From NCBI GenBank assembly GCA_965649765.1, contig OZ287753.1, positions 62,682,001 to 62,746,000 of the forward strand: a stretch of 64,000 nucleotides of DNA, given 5' to 3'. Below the pieces are notes generated by a model. That model saw only the letters and a list, made by a program, of their open reading frames with translations, made no database searches and had not been told where the DNA came from. Positions 52,303 through 64,000 of the stretch are shown here, one piece after another (positions within the stretch are counted from its first letter, which is position 1; every line of letters begins with the position of its first letter). The DNA comes from Bispira polyomma (Eukaryota). The translations under genes and the position numbers were made by a program.

Positions 52303-55300
52303 ATAAGGGAATTCTTGAAGAACCCCATGCCCCTGTTTCCTCTGTTGTTGTGATGTTTGAAGATAAGGCTAAGCTTATAGACCAGGATATATCGCATTTA
52401 ATGTCTCTGAAAGAGAAACAGAAGGTTGTAAGTGAAAGTAGAAACAAACAAACTCGACATGATCAGAATCTTGAGGAACTGAATCAAACTGATAAGATAC
52501 TACAAGAAATGATGGAAAGTAGTCCTGATGAAAGTATTGTAATTGAAACTCAAAAAGATGTCAAAACAATAGTAAGTATGTTTGAAGACAGTGACTTAGA
52601 TCGACCGTTGGAAAAATTTACACCAATTTTACACATGCAAAAAAACACAGAAGAAGAAACAGTTGTAGATAGTGAAAACATCATTCAGGCAGAAATTACT
52701 ACAGAATTTGAAATGAATAGAGTACAGACAATACAACAGATAGAGCCAAAGAGAGGAATTCAAGATGGACGATCAACCACAATAGACAGTCAATCAAAGG
52801 CAAAGGAATTATTGGTAGTGGATATTGATACTTTTGGAGCAGTTTCTGAAGCAACAACAGAAACCGTTATCCCTGATAAGGAATCAGTTGAAGTGGAAGG
52901 TGAACAAACTACTGTTGTCATAAAAGATGATACAGAAGAGGAAGTGAAAACTGTTACTGACATTGAAGGCAAGGAAGAGTTGATAGAAGAAACTGTTGAG
53001 GAAGCTGTGAGTGAACCAGTTCTAGAACAGCACGTTACTGAAGATGAAGCTGAAGTAATGCCAGCTGTTATTGAAGACCTGCCTCTGACAGAAGATATGG
53101 AAAAAGAAACTGTTGAAAAAATGGATGATACAGAGAAGGAAGAGACCATAATTGCAGACATTGAAACTAAAGATGAGTCTACACCAGTTACTTTTGAGGA
53201 AGCTGCAAGTGAGCCATTGGATGAAATAGTTTTAGAAAAGCATGTTGGTGATGACGAAGTAGAAATGGAGCCTGCAGTTATTCCTGACATGCCTGTATCA
53301 CTAGATGTAGATAGAGAAGCATTTGAGGAAGTATCTGAGCCGTCTGGAGATGCAGAGCCAGAGGAAGATACAAAACTTAAAGTAGACATCGAACTGCAAG
53401 ATATCAGTGAAGAACATATTGACAAAGAAACTCTTATTGAAACTGAACCAGATACAGAAGCAAAGGAAAGTGTAGAGACTGGTATTGCCTCAGAAGAATT
53501 TGAAGATGTAGCCATTGCCGAAAGTGTGGTAACTGAAGCAATAATAATGGCTACTGAAACAGTGGATGAATTTGCTGTAGAAGAATCAAGTAAAGACATA
53601 GAATCTATTGAGGAAGTATCAGATAAAACACAGGAGGAAAAAGATATTGATACTATAGAAGCAGTTTCTGAAGCAACAGCAGAAACCGTTATCCCTGATA
53701 AGAAATCAGTTGAAGTGGAAGGTGAACAAACTACTGTTGTCATAAAAGATGATACAGAAGAAGAAGTGAAAACAGTTACTGACATTGAAGGCAAGGAAGA
53801 GGTAATAGAAGAAACTGTTGAGGAAGCTGTGAGTGAACCAGTTCTAGAACGGCACGTTACTGGAGATGAAGCTGAAATAATGCCAGCTGTTATTGAAGAC
53901 CTGCCTCTGACAGAAGATGTGGAAAAAGAAACTGTTGAAAAAATGGATGATACAGAGAAGGAAGAGACCATAATTGCAGACATTGAAACTAAAGATGAGT
54001 CTACACCAGTTACTTTTGAGGAAGCTGCAAGTGAGCCATTGGATGAAATAGTTTTAGAAAAGCATGTTGGTGACGACGAAGTAGAAATGGAGCCTGCAGT
54101 TATTCCTGACATGCCTGTATCACTAGATGCAGATAGAGAAGCATTTGAGGAAGTAGCTGAGCTGTCTGGAGATGCAGAGCCAGAGGAAGATACAAAACTT
54201 AAAGTAGACATCGAACTGCAAGATGATATCAGTGAAGAACATATTGACACAGAAACTCTTGTTGAAGCTGAACCGGATACAGAAGCAAAGGAAAGTGTAG
54301 AGACTGGTATTGCCTCAGAAGAATTTGAAGATGCAGCCATTGCCGAAAGTGTGGTAACTGAAGCAATAATAATGGCTACTGAAACAGTTAATGAATTTGC
54401 TGTAGAAGAATCAAGTAAAGACATAGAATCTATTGAGGAAGTATCAGATAAAACACAGGAGGAGAAAGATATTGATACTATAGAAGCAGTTTCTGAAGCA
54501 ACAGCAGAAACCGTTATCCCTGATAAGAAATCAGTTGAAGTGGAAGGTGAACAAACTACTGTTGTCGTGGAAGATGATACAGAAGAGGAAGTGAAAACTG
54601 TTACTGACATTGAAGGCAAGGAAGAGTTGATAGAAGAAACTGTTGAGGAAACTGTGAGTGAACCAGTTCTAGAACAGCACGTTACTGAAGATGGAGCTGA
54701 AATAATGCCAGCTGCTATTGAAGAATTGCCTCTGACAGAAGACGTGGAAAAAGAAACTGTTGAAAAAATGGATGATACAGAGAAGGAAGAAACCAAAATT
54801 GCAGACATTGAAACTAAAGATGAGTCTACACCAGTTACTTTTGAAGAAGCTGCAAGTGAGCCATTGGATGAAATAGTTTTAAAAGAGCATGTTGGTGACG
54901 ACCAAGTACAAATTGAGTCTGCAGTTATTCCTCACATGCCTGTATCACTAGATGTAGATAGAGAAACATTTGAGGAAGTAGCTGAGCCGTCTGGAGATGC
55001 AGAGCCAGAGGAAGATACAAAACTTAAATTAGACATCGAACTGCAAGATGATATCAGTGAAGAACATATTGACACAGAAACTCTTGTTGAAGCTGAACCG
55101 GATACAGAAGCAAAGGAAAGTATAGAGACTGGTATTGCCTCAGAAGAATTTAAAGGTGCAGCCATTGGCGAAAGTTTGGTAACTGAAGCAATAATAATGG
55201 CCACTGAAGTAGTGGATGAATTTGCTGTACAAGAATCAAGTAAAGACATAGAATCTATTGAGGAAGTATCAGAGAAAGCACAGGAGAAAGATATTGATAC

Positions 55301-58300
55301 TATAGAAGCAGTTTCTGAAGCAACAACAGAAACCGTTATGCCTGATAAGGAATCAGTTGAAGTGGAAGGTGAACAAACTACTGTTGTCGTGGAAGATGAT
55401 ACAGAAGAGGAAGTGAAAACTGTTACTGACACTGAAGGGAAGGATGAGTTGGTAGAAGAAACTGTTGAGGAAGCTGTTAGTGAACCAGTTCTAGAACAGC
55501 ACGTTACTGAAGATGAAGCTGAAATAAGGCCAGCTGGTATTGAAGACTTGCCTCCAACAGAAGATGTGGAAAAAGAAACTGTTGAAAAAATGGATGATAC
55601 AGAGAAGGAAGAGACCATAATTGCAGACATTGAAACTAAAGATGAGTCTACACCAGTTACTTTTGAGGAAGCTGCAAGTGAGCCATTGGATGAAATAGTT
55701 TTAGAAAAGCATGTTGGTGATGACGAAGTAGAAATGGAGCCTGCAGTTATTCCTGACATGCCTGTATCACTAGATGTAGATAGAGAAGCATTTGAGGAAG
55801 TATCTGAGCCGTCTGGAGATACAGAGCCAGAGGAAGATACAAAACTTAAAGTAGACATCGAACTGCAAGATATCAGTGAAAAACATATTGACAAAGAAAC
55901 TCTTATTGAAACTGAACCAGATACAGAAGCAAAGGAAAGTGTAGAGACTGGTATTGCCTCAGAAGAATTTGAAGATGTAGCCATTGCCGAAAGTGTGGTA
56001 ACTGAAGCAATAATAATGGCTACTGAAACAGTGGATGAATTTGCTGTAGAAGAATCAAGTAAAGACATAGAATCTATTGAGGAAGTATCAGATAAAACAC
56101 AGGAGGAAAAAGATATTGATACTATAGAAGCAGTTTCTGAAGCAACAGCAGAAACCGTTATCCCTGATAAGAAATCAGTTGAAGTGGAAGGTGAACAAAC
56201 TACTGTTGTCATAAAAGATGATACAGAAGAAGAAGTGAAAACAGTTACTGACATTGAAGGCAAGGAAGAGGTAATAGAAGAAACTGTTGAGGAAGCTGTG
56301 AGTGAACCAGTTCTAGAACTGCACGTTACTGGAGATGAAGCTGAAATAATGCCAGCTGTTATTGAAGACCTGCCTCTGACAGAAGATGTGGAAAAAGAAA
56401 CTGTTGAAAAAATGGATGATACAGAGAAGGAAGAGACCATAATTGCAGACATTGAAACTAAAGATGAGTCTACACCAGTTACTTTTGAGGAAGCTGCAAG
56501 TGAGCCATTGGATGAAATAGTTTTAGAAAAGCATGTTGGTGACGACGAAGTAGAAATGGAGCCTGCAGTTATTCCTGACATGCCTGTATCACTAGATGCA
56601 GATAGAGAAGCATTTGAGGAAGTAGCTGAGCTGTCTGGAGATGCAGAGCCAGAGGAAGATACAAAACTTAAAGTAGACATCGAACTGCAAGATGATATCA
56701 GTGAAGAACATATTGACACAGAAACTCTTGTTGAAGCTGAACCGGATACAGAAGCAAAGGAAAGTGTAGAGACTGGTATTGCCTCAGAAGAATTTGAAGA
56801 TGCAGCCATTGCCGAAAGTGTGGTAACTGAAGCAATAATAATGGCTACTGAAACAGTTAATGAATTTGCTGTAGAAGAATCAAGTAAAGACATAGAATCT
56901 ATTGAGGAAGTATCAGATAAAACACAGGAGGAGAAAGATATTGATACTATAGAAGCAGTTTCTGAAGCAACAGCAGAAACCGTTATCCCTGATAAGAAAT
57001 CAGTTGAAGTGGAAGGTGAACAAACTACTGTTGTCGTGGAAGATGATACAGAAGAGGAAGTGAAAACTGTTACTGACATTGAAGGCAAGGAAGAGTTGAT
57101 AGAAGAAACGGTTGAGGAAACTGTGAGTGAACCAGTTCTAGAACAGCACGTTACTGAAGATGGAGCTGAAATAATGCCAGCTGCTATTGAAGAATTGCCT
57201 CTGACAGAAGACGTGGAAAAAGAAACTGTTGAAAATATGGATGATACAGAGAAGGAAGAAACCAAAATTGCAGACATTGAAACTAAAGATGAGTCTACAC
57301 CAGTTACTTTTGAAGAAGCTGCAAGTGAGCCATTGGATGAAATAGTTTTAGAAGAGCATGTTGGTGACGACCAAGTACAAATTGAGTCTGCAGTTATTCC
57401 TCACATGCCTGTATCACTAGATGTAGATAGAGAAACATTTGAGGAAGTAGCTGAGCCGTCTGGAGATGCAGAGCCAGAGGAAGATACAAAACTTAAATTA
57501 GACATCGAACTGCAAGATGATATCAGTGAAGAACATATTGACACAGAAACTCTTGTTGAAGCTGAACCGGATACAGAAGCAAAGGAAAGTGTAGAGACTG
57601 GTATTGCCTCAGAAGAATTTGAAGATGCAGCCATTGCCGAAAGTGTGGTAACTGAAGCAATAATAATGGCTACTGAAACAGTGGATGAATTTGCTGTAGA
57701 AGAATCAAGTAAAGACATGGAATCTTTAGAGAAAGTATCAGAGAAAACACAGGAGGAGAAAGATATTGATACTATAGAAGCAGTTTCTGAAGTAACAGCA
57801 GAAACCGTTATCCCTGATAAGAAATCAGTTGAAGTGGAAGGTGAACAAACTACTGTTGTCGTGGAAGATGATACAGAGGAGGAAGTGAAAACTGTTATTG
57901 ACATTGAAGGCAAGGAAGAGTTGATAGAAGAAACTGTTGAGGAAGCTGTGAGTGAACCAGTTCTAGAACAGCATGTTACTGAAGATGGAGCTGAAATAAT
58001 GCCAGCTGTTATTGAAGAATTGCCTCTGACAGAAGACGTGGAAAAAGAAACTGTTGAAAAAATATATGATACAGAGAAGGAAGAAACCAAAATTGCAGAC
58101 ATTGAAACTAAAGATGAGTCTACACCAGTTACTTTTGAGGAAGCTGCAAGTGAGCCATTGGATGAAATAGTTTTAGAAGAGCATGTTGGTGACGACGAAG
58201 TACAAATTGAGTCTGCAGTTATTCCTCACATGCCTGTATCACTAGATGTAGATAGAGAAACATTTGAGGAAGTAGCTGAGCCGTCTGGAGATGCAGAGCC

Positions 58301-61300
58301 GGAGGAAAATACAAAACTTAAATTAGACATCGAACTGCAAGATGATATCAGTGAAGAACATATTGACACAGAAACTCTTGTTGAAACTGAACCGGATACA
58401 GAAGCAAAGGAAAGTATAGAGACTGGTATTGCCTCAGAAGAATTTAAAGGTGCAGCCATTGGCGAAAGTTTGGTAACTGAAGCAATAATAATGGCCACTG
58501 AAGTAGTGGATGAATTTGCTGTACAAGAATCAAGTAAAGACATAGAATCTATTGAGGAAGTATCAGAGAAAGCACAGGAGAAAGATATTGATACTATAGA
58601 AGCAGTTTCTGAAGCAACAACAGAAACCGTTATGCCTGATAAGGAATCAGTTGAAGTGGAAGGTGAACAAACTACTGTTGTCGTGGAAGATGATACAGAA
58701 GAGGAAGTGAAAACTGTTACTGACACTGAAGGGAAGGATGAGTTGGTAGAAGAAACTGTTGAGGAAGCTGTTAGTGAACCAGTTCTAGAACAGCACGTTA
58801 CTGAAGATGAAGCTGAAATAAGGCCAGCTGGTATTGAAGACTTGCCTCCAACAGAAGATGTGGAAAAAGAAACTGTTGAAAAAATGGATGATACAGAGAA
58901 GGAAGAGACCATAATTGCAGACATTGAAACTAAAGATGAGTCTACACCAGTTACTTTTGAGGAAGCTGCAAGTGAGCCATTGGATGAAATAGTTTTAGAA
59001 AAGCATGTTGGTGATGACGAAGTAGAAATGGAGCCTGCAGTTATTCCTGACATGCCTGTATCACTAGATGTAGATAGAGAAGCATTTGAGGAAGTATCTG
59101 AGCCGTCTGGAGATGCAGAGCCAGAGGAAGATACAAAACTTAAAGTAGACATCGAACTGCAAGATATCAGTGAAGAACATATTGACAAAGAAACTCTTAT
59201 TGAAACTGAACCAGATACAGAAGCAAAGGAAAGTGTAGAGACTGGTATTGCCTCAGAAGAATTTGAAGATGTAGCCATTGCCGAAAGTGTGGTAACTGAA
59301 GCAATAATAATGGCTACTGAAACAGTGGATGAATTTGCTGTAGAAGAATCAAGTAAAGACATAGAATCTATTGAGGAAGTATCAGATAAAACACAGGAGG
59401 AAAAAGATATTGATACTATAGAAGCAGTTTCTGAAGCAACAGCAGAAACCGTTATCCCTGATAAGAAATCAGTTGAAGTGGAAGGTGAACAAACTACTGT
59501 TGTCATAAAAGATGATACAGAAGAAGAAGTGAAAACAGTTACTGACATTGAAGGCAAGGAAGAGGTAATAGAAGAAACTGTTGAGGAAGCTGTGAGTGAA
59601 CCAGTTCTAGAACTGCACGTTACTGGAGATGAAGCTGAAATAATGCCAGCTGTTATTGAAGACCTGCCTCTGACAGAAGATGTGGAAAAAGAAACTGTTG
59701 AAAAAATGGATGATACAGAGAAGGAAGAGACCATAATTGCAGACATTGAAACTAAAGATGAGTCTACACCAGTTACTTTTGAGGAAGCTGCAAGTGAGCC
59801 ATTGGATGAAATAGTTTTAGAAAAGCATGTTGGTGACGACGAAGTAGAAATGGAGCCTGCAGTTATTCCTGACATGCCTGTATCACTAGATGCAGATAGA
59901 GAAGCATTTGAGGAAGTAGCTGAGCTGTCTGGAGATGCAGAGCCAGAGGAAGATACAAAACTTAAAGTAGACATCGAACTGCAAGATGATATCAGTGAAG
60001 AACATATTGACACAGAAACTCTTGTTGAAGCTGAACCGGATACAGAAGCAAAGGAAAGTGTAGAGACTGGTATTGCCTCAGAAGAATTTGAAGATGCAGC
60101 CATTGCCGAAAGTGTGGTAACTGAAGCAATAATAATGGCTACTGAAACAGTTAATGAATTTGCTGTAGAAGAATCAAGTAAAGACATAGAATCTATTGAG
60201 GAAGTATCAGATAAAACACAGGAGGAGAAAGATATTGATACTATAGAAGCAGTTTCTGAAGCAACAGCAGAAACCGTTATCCCTGATAAGAAATCAGTTG
60301 AAGTGGAAGGTGAACAAACTACTGTTGTCGTGGAAGATGATACAGAAGAGGAAGTGAAAACTGTTACTGACATTGAAGGCAAGGAAGAGTTGATAGAAGA
60401 AACTGTTGAGGAAACTGTGAGTGAACCAGTTCTAGAACAGCACGTTACTGAAGATGGAGCTGAAATAATGCCAGCTGCTATTGAAGAATTGCCTCTGACA
60501 GAAGACGTGGAAAAAGAAACTGTTGAAAAAATGGATGATACAGAGAAGGAAGAAACCAAAATTGCAGACATTGAAACTAAAGATGAGTCTACACCAGTTA
60601 CTTTTGAGGAAGCTGCAAGTGAGCCATTGGATGAAATAGTTTTAGAAGAGCATGTTGGTGACGACGAAGTACAAATTGAGTCTGCAGTTATTCCTCACAT
60701 GCCTGTATCACTAGATGTAGATAGAGAAACATTTGAGGAAGTAGCTGAGCCGTCTGGAGATGCAGAGCCGGAGGAAAATACAAAACTTAAATTAGACATC
60801 GAACTGCAAGATGATATCAGTGAAGAACATATTGACACAGAAACTCTTGTTGAAACTGAACCGGATACAGAAGCAAAGGAAAGTATAGAGACTGGTATTG
60901 CCTCAGAAGAATTTAAAGGTGCAGCCATTGGCGAAAGTTTGGTAACTGAAGCAATAATAATGGCCACTGAAGTAGTGGATGAATTTGCTGTACAAGAATC
61001 AAGTAAAGACATAGAATCTATTGAGGAAGTATCAGAGAAAGCACAGGAGAAAGATATTGATACTATAGAAGCAGTTTCTGAAGCAACAACAGAAACCGTT
61101 ATGCCTGATAAGGAATCAGTTGAAGTGGAAGGTGAACAAACTACTGTTGTCGTGGAAGATGATACAGAAGAGGAAGTGAAAACTGTTACTGACACTGAAG
61201 GGAAGGATGAGTTGGTAGAAGAAACTGTTGAGGAAGCTGTTAGTGAACCAGTTCTAGAACAGCACGTTACTGAAGATGAAGCTGAAATAAGGCCAGCTGG

Positions 61301-64000
61301 TATTGAAGACTTGCCTCCAACAGAAGATGTGGAAAAAGAAACTGTTGAAAAAATGGATGATACAGAGAAGGAAGAGACCATAATTGCAGACATTGAAACT
61401 AAAGATGAGTCTACACCAGTTACTTTTGAGGAAGCTGCAAGTGAGCCATTGGATGAAATAGTTTTAGAAAAGCATGTTGGTGATGACGAAGTAGAAATGG
61501 AGCCTGCAGTTATTCCTGACATGCCTGTATCACTAGATGTAGATAGAGAAGCATTTGAGGAAGTATCTGAGCCGTCTGGAGATGCAGAGCCAGAGGAAGA
61601 TACAAAACTTAAAGTAGACATCGAACTGCAAGATATCAGTGAAGAACATATTGACAAAGAAACTCTTATTGAAACTGAACCAGATACAGAAGCAAAGGAA
61701 AGTGTAGAGACTGGTATTACCTCAGAAGAATTTGAAGATGTAGCCATTGCCGAAAGTGTGGTAACTGAAGCAATAATAATGGCTACTGAAACAGTGGATG
61801 AATTTGCTGTAGAAGAATCAAGTAAAGACATAGAATCTATTGAGGAAGTATCAGATAAAACACAGGAGGAAAAAGATATTGATACTATAGAAGCAGTTTC
61901 TGAAGCAACAGCAGAAACCGTTATCCCTGATAAGAAATCAGTTGAAGTGGAAGGTGAACAAACTACTGTTGTCATAAAAGATGATACAGAAGAAGAAGTG
62001 AAAACAGTTACTGACATTGAAGGCAAGGAAGAGGTAATAGAAGAAACTGTTGAGGAAGCTGTGAGTGAACCAGTTCTAGAACTGCACGTTACTGGAGATG
62101 AAGCTGAAATAATGCCAGCTGTTATTGAAGACCTGCCTCTGACAGAAGATGTGGAAAAAGAAACTGTTGAAAAAATGGATGATACAGAGAAGGAAGAGAC
62201 CATAATTGCAGACATTGAAACTAAAGATGAGTCTACACCAGTTACTTTTGAGGAAGCTGCAAGTGAGCCATTGGATGAAATAGTTTTAGAAAAGCATGTT
62301 GGTGACGACGAAGTAGAAATGGAGCCTGCAGTTATTCCTGACATGCCTGTATCACTAGATGCAGATAGAGAAGCATTTGAGGAAGTAGCTGAGCTGTCTG
62401 GAGATGCAGAGCCAGAGGAAGATACAAAACTTAAAGTAGACATCGAACTGCAAGATGATATCAGTGAAGAACATATTGACACAGAAACTCTTGTTGAAGC
62501 TGAACCGGATACAGAAGCAAAGGAAAGTGTAGAGACTGGTATTGCCTCAGAAGAATTTGAAGATGCAGCCATTGCCGAAAGTGTGGTAACTGAAGCAATA
62601 ATAGTGGCTACTGAAACAGTTAATGAATTTGCTGTAGAAGAATCAAGTAAAGACATAGAATCTATTGAGGAAGTATCAGATAAAACACAGGAGGAGAAAG
62701 ATATTGATACTATAGAAGCAGTTTCTGAAGCAACAGCAGAAACCGTTATCCCTGATAAGAAATCAGTTGAAGTGGAAGGTGAACAAACTACTGTTGTCGT
62801 GGAAGATGATACAGAAGAGGAAGTGAAAACTGTTACTGACATTGAAGGCAAGGAAGAGTTGATAGAAGAAACTGTTGAGGAAACTGTGAGTGAACCAGTT
62901 CTAGAACAGCACGTTACTGAAGATGGAGCTGAAATAATGCCAGCTGCTATTGAAGAATTGCCTCTGACAGAAGACATGGAAAAAGAAACTGTTGAAAAAA
63001 TGGATGATACAGAGAAGGAAGAAACCAAAATTGCAGACATTGAAACTAAAGATGAGTCTACACCAGTTACTTTTGAGGAAGCTGCAAGTGAGCCATTGGA
63101 TGAAATAGTTTTAGAAGAGCATGTTGGTGACGACGAAGTACAAATTGAGTCTGCAGTTATTCCTCACATGCCTGTATCACTAGATGTAGATAGAGAAACA
63201 TTTGAGGAAGTAGCTGAGCCGTCTGGAGATGCAGAGCCGGAGGAAAATACAAAACTTAAATTAGACATCGAACTGCAAGATGATATCAGTGAAGAACATA
63301 TTGACACAGAAACTCTTGTTGAAACTGAACCGGATACAGAAGCAAAGGAAAGTATAGAGACTGGTATTGCCTCAGAAGAATTTAAAGGTGCAGCCATTGG
63401 CGAAAGTTTGGTAACTGAAGCAATAATAATGGCCACTGAAGTAGTGGATGAATTTGCTGTACAAGAATCAAGTAAAGACATAGAATCTATTGAGGAAGTA
63501 TCAGAGAAAGCACAGGAGAAAGATATTGATACTATAGAAGCAGTTTCTGAAGCAACAACAGAAACCGTTATGCCTGATAAGGAATCAGTTGAAGTGGAAG
63601 GTGAACAAACTACTGTTGTCGTGGAAGATGATACAGAAGAGGAAGTGAAAACTGTTACTGACACTGAAGGGAAGGATGAGTTGGTAGAAGAAACTGTTGA
63701 GGAAGCTGTTAGTGAACCAGTTCTAGAACAGCACGTTACTGAAGATGAAGCTGAAATAATGCCAGCTGGTATTGAAGACTTGCCTCCAACAGAAGATGTG
63801 GAAAAAGAAACTGTTGAAAAAATGGATGATACAGAGAAGGAAGAGACCATAATTGCAGACATTGAAACTAAAGATGAGTCTACACCAGTTACTTTTGAGG
63901 AAGCTGCAAGTGAGCCATTGGATGAAATAGTTTTAGAAAAGCATGTTGGTGATGACGAAGTAGAAATGGAGCCTGCAGTTATTCCTGACATGCCTGTATC
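52303..64000 (+). CDS. Giant exon 3 (>=11,698 nt, runs off window): DKGILEEPHAP... then 274/275-aa E/D/T/V-rich repeats
   Basis: TTTTTTTTAAG acceptor, phase 1; manual translation open through the unique 5' part into the repeats; all repeat indels are 3 nt; absent from the ORF track, consistent with no stop inside the window. Confidence 0.88.
52821..64000 (+). repeat. Coding tandem array, 822/825-nt units x 13 plus a partial unit, 2,469-nt higher-order repeat
   Basis: GATATTGATACT at 52821, 53643, 54468, 55290, 56112, 56937, 57762, 58584, 59406, 60231, 61053, 61875, 62700, 63522. Confidence 0.95.

Noticed and set aside
52860-63580. T-V-I-P (SxIP-like EB1 motif) in exon-3 repeats and SPIP in exon 2
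   Set aside because: Functional SxIP motifs need basic, Ser-rich flanks; these flanks are strongly acidic
21323-63991. Dozens of Ser/Thr-rich minus-strand ORFs up to 781 aa
   Set aside because: Antisense shadows of the E/D/K-rich plus-strand repeats; they share the repeat period and have no independent coding signal

Overview
AT-rich animal genomic DNA, probably an invertebrate (SINEs, MITEs, GT-AG introns; no prokaryotic features). The whole window reads as the interior of one very large plus-strand spliced gene. I can chain about 12 small exons and three giant exons in frame: 20641-33408 (12,768 nt), 33675-42575 (8,901 nt) and 52303->64000 (>=11,698 nt; missed by the ORF track because it runs off the window). 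All exons from 6579 onward are phase-1/phase-1 cassettes. Together they could encode >=11,500 aa of highly acidic protein. Giant exons 1 and 2 are built from about 44 copies of one ~110-aa module with DDG/LPDG turns, an E-K-P-[IV]-G-T-E...L-x-P-G-V core and a G-T-W end, which I do not recognise as a named domain. Giant exon 3 is an unrelated 274/275-aa acidic repeat with a three-unit higher-order structure. Architecture, LIR-like motifs and an ankyrin-C-terminus-like segment suggest a giant ankyrin (Ank2/UNC-44-like). This is an inference, because no ANK, ZU5, UPA or death domain exons lie in the window. Introns carry tRNA-derived SINEs (one nested in another), pogo-like MITEs, Helitron-like ends, a LINE 3' fragment and short tandem and inverted repeats.
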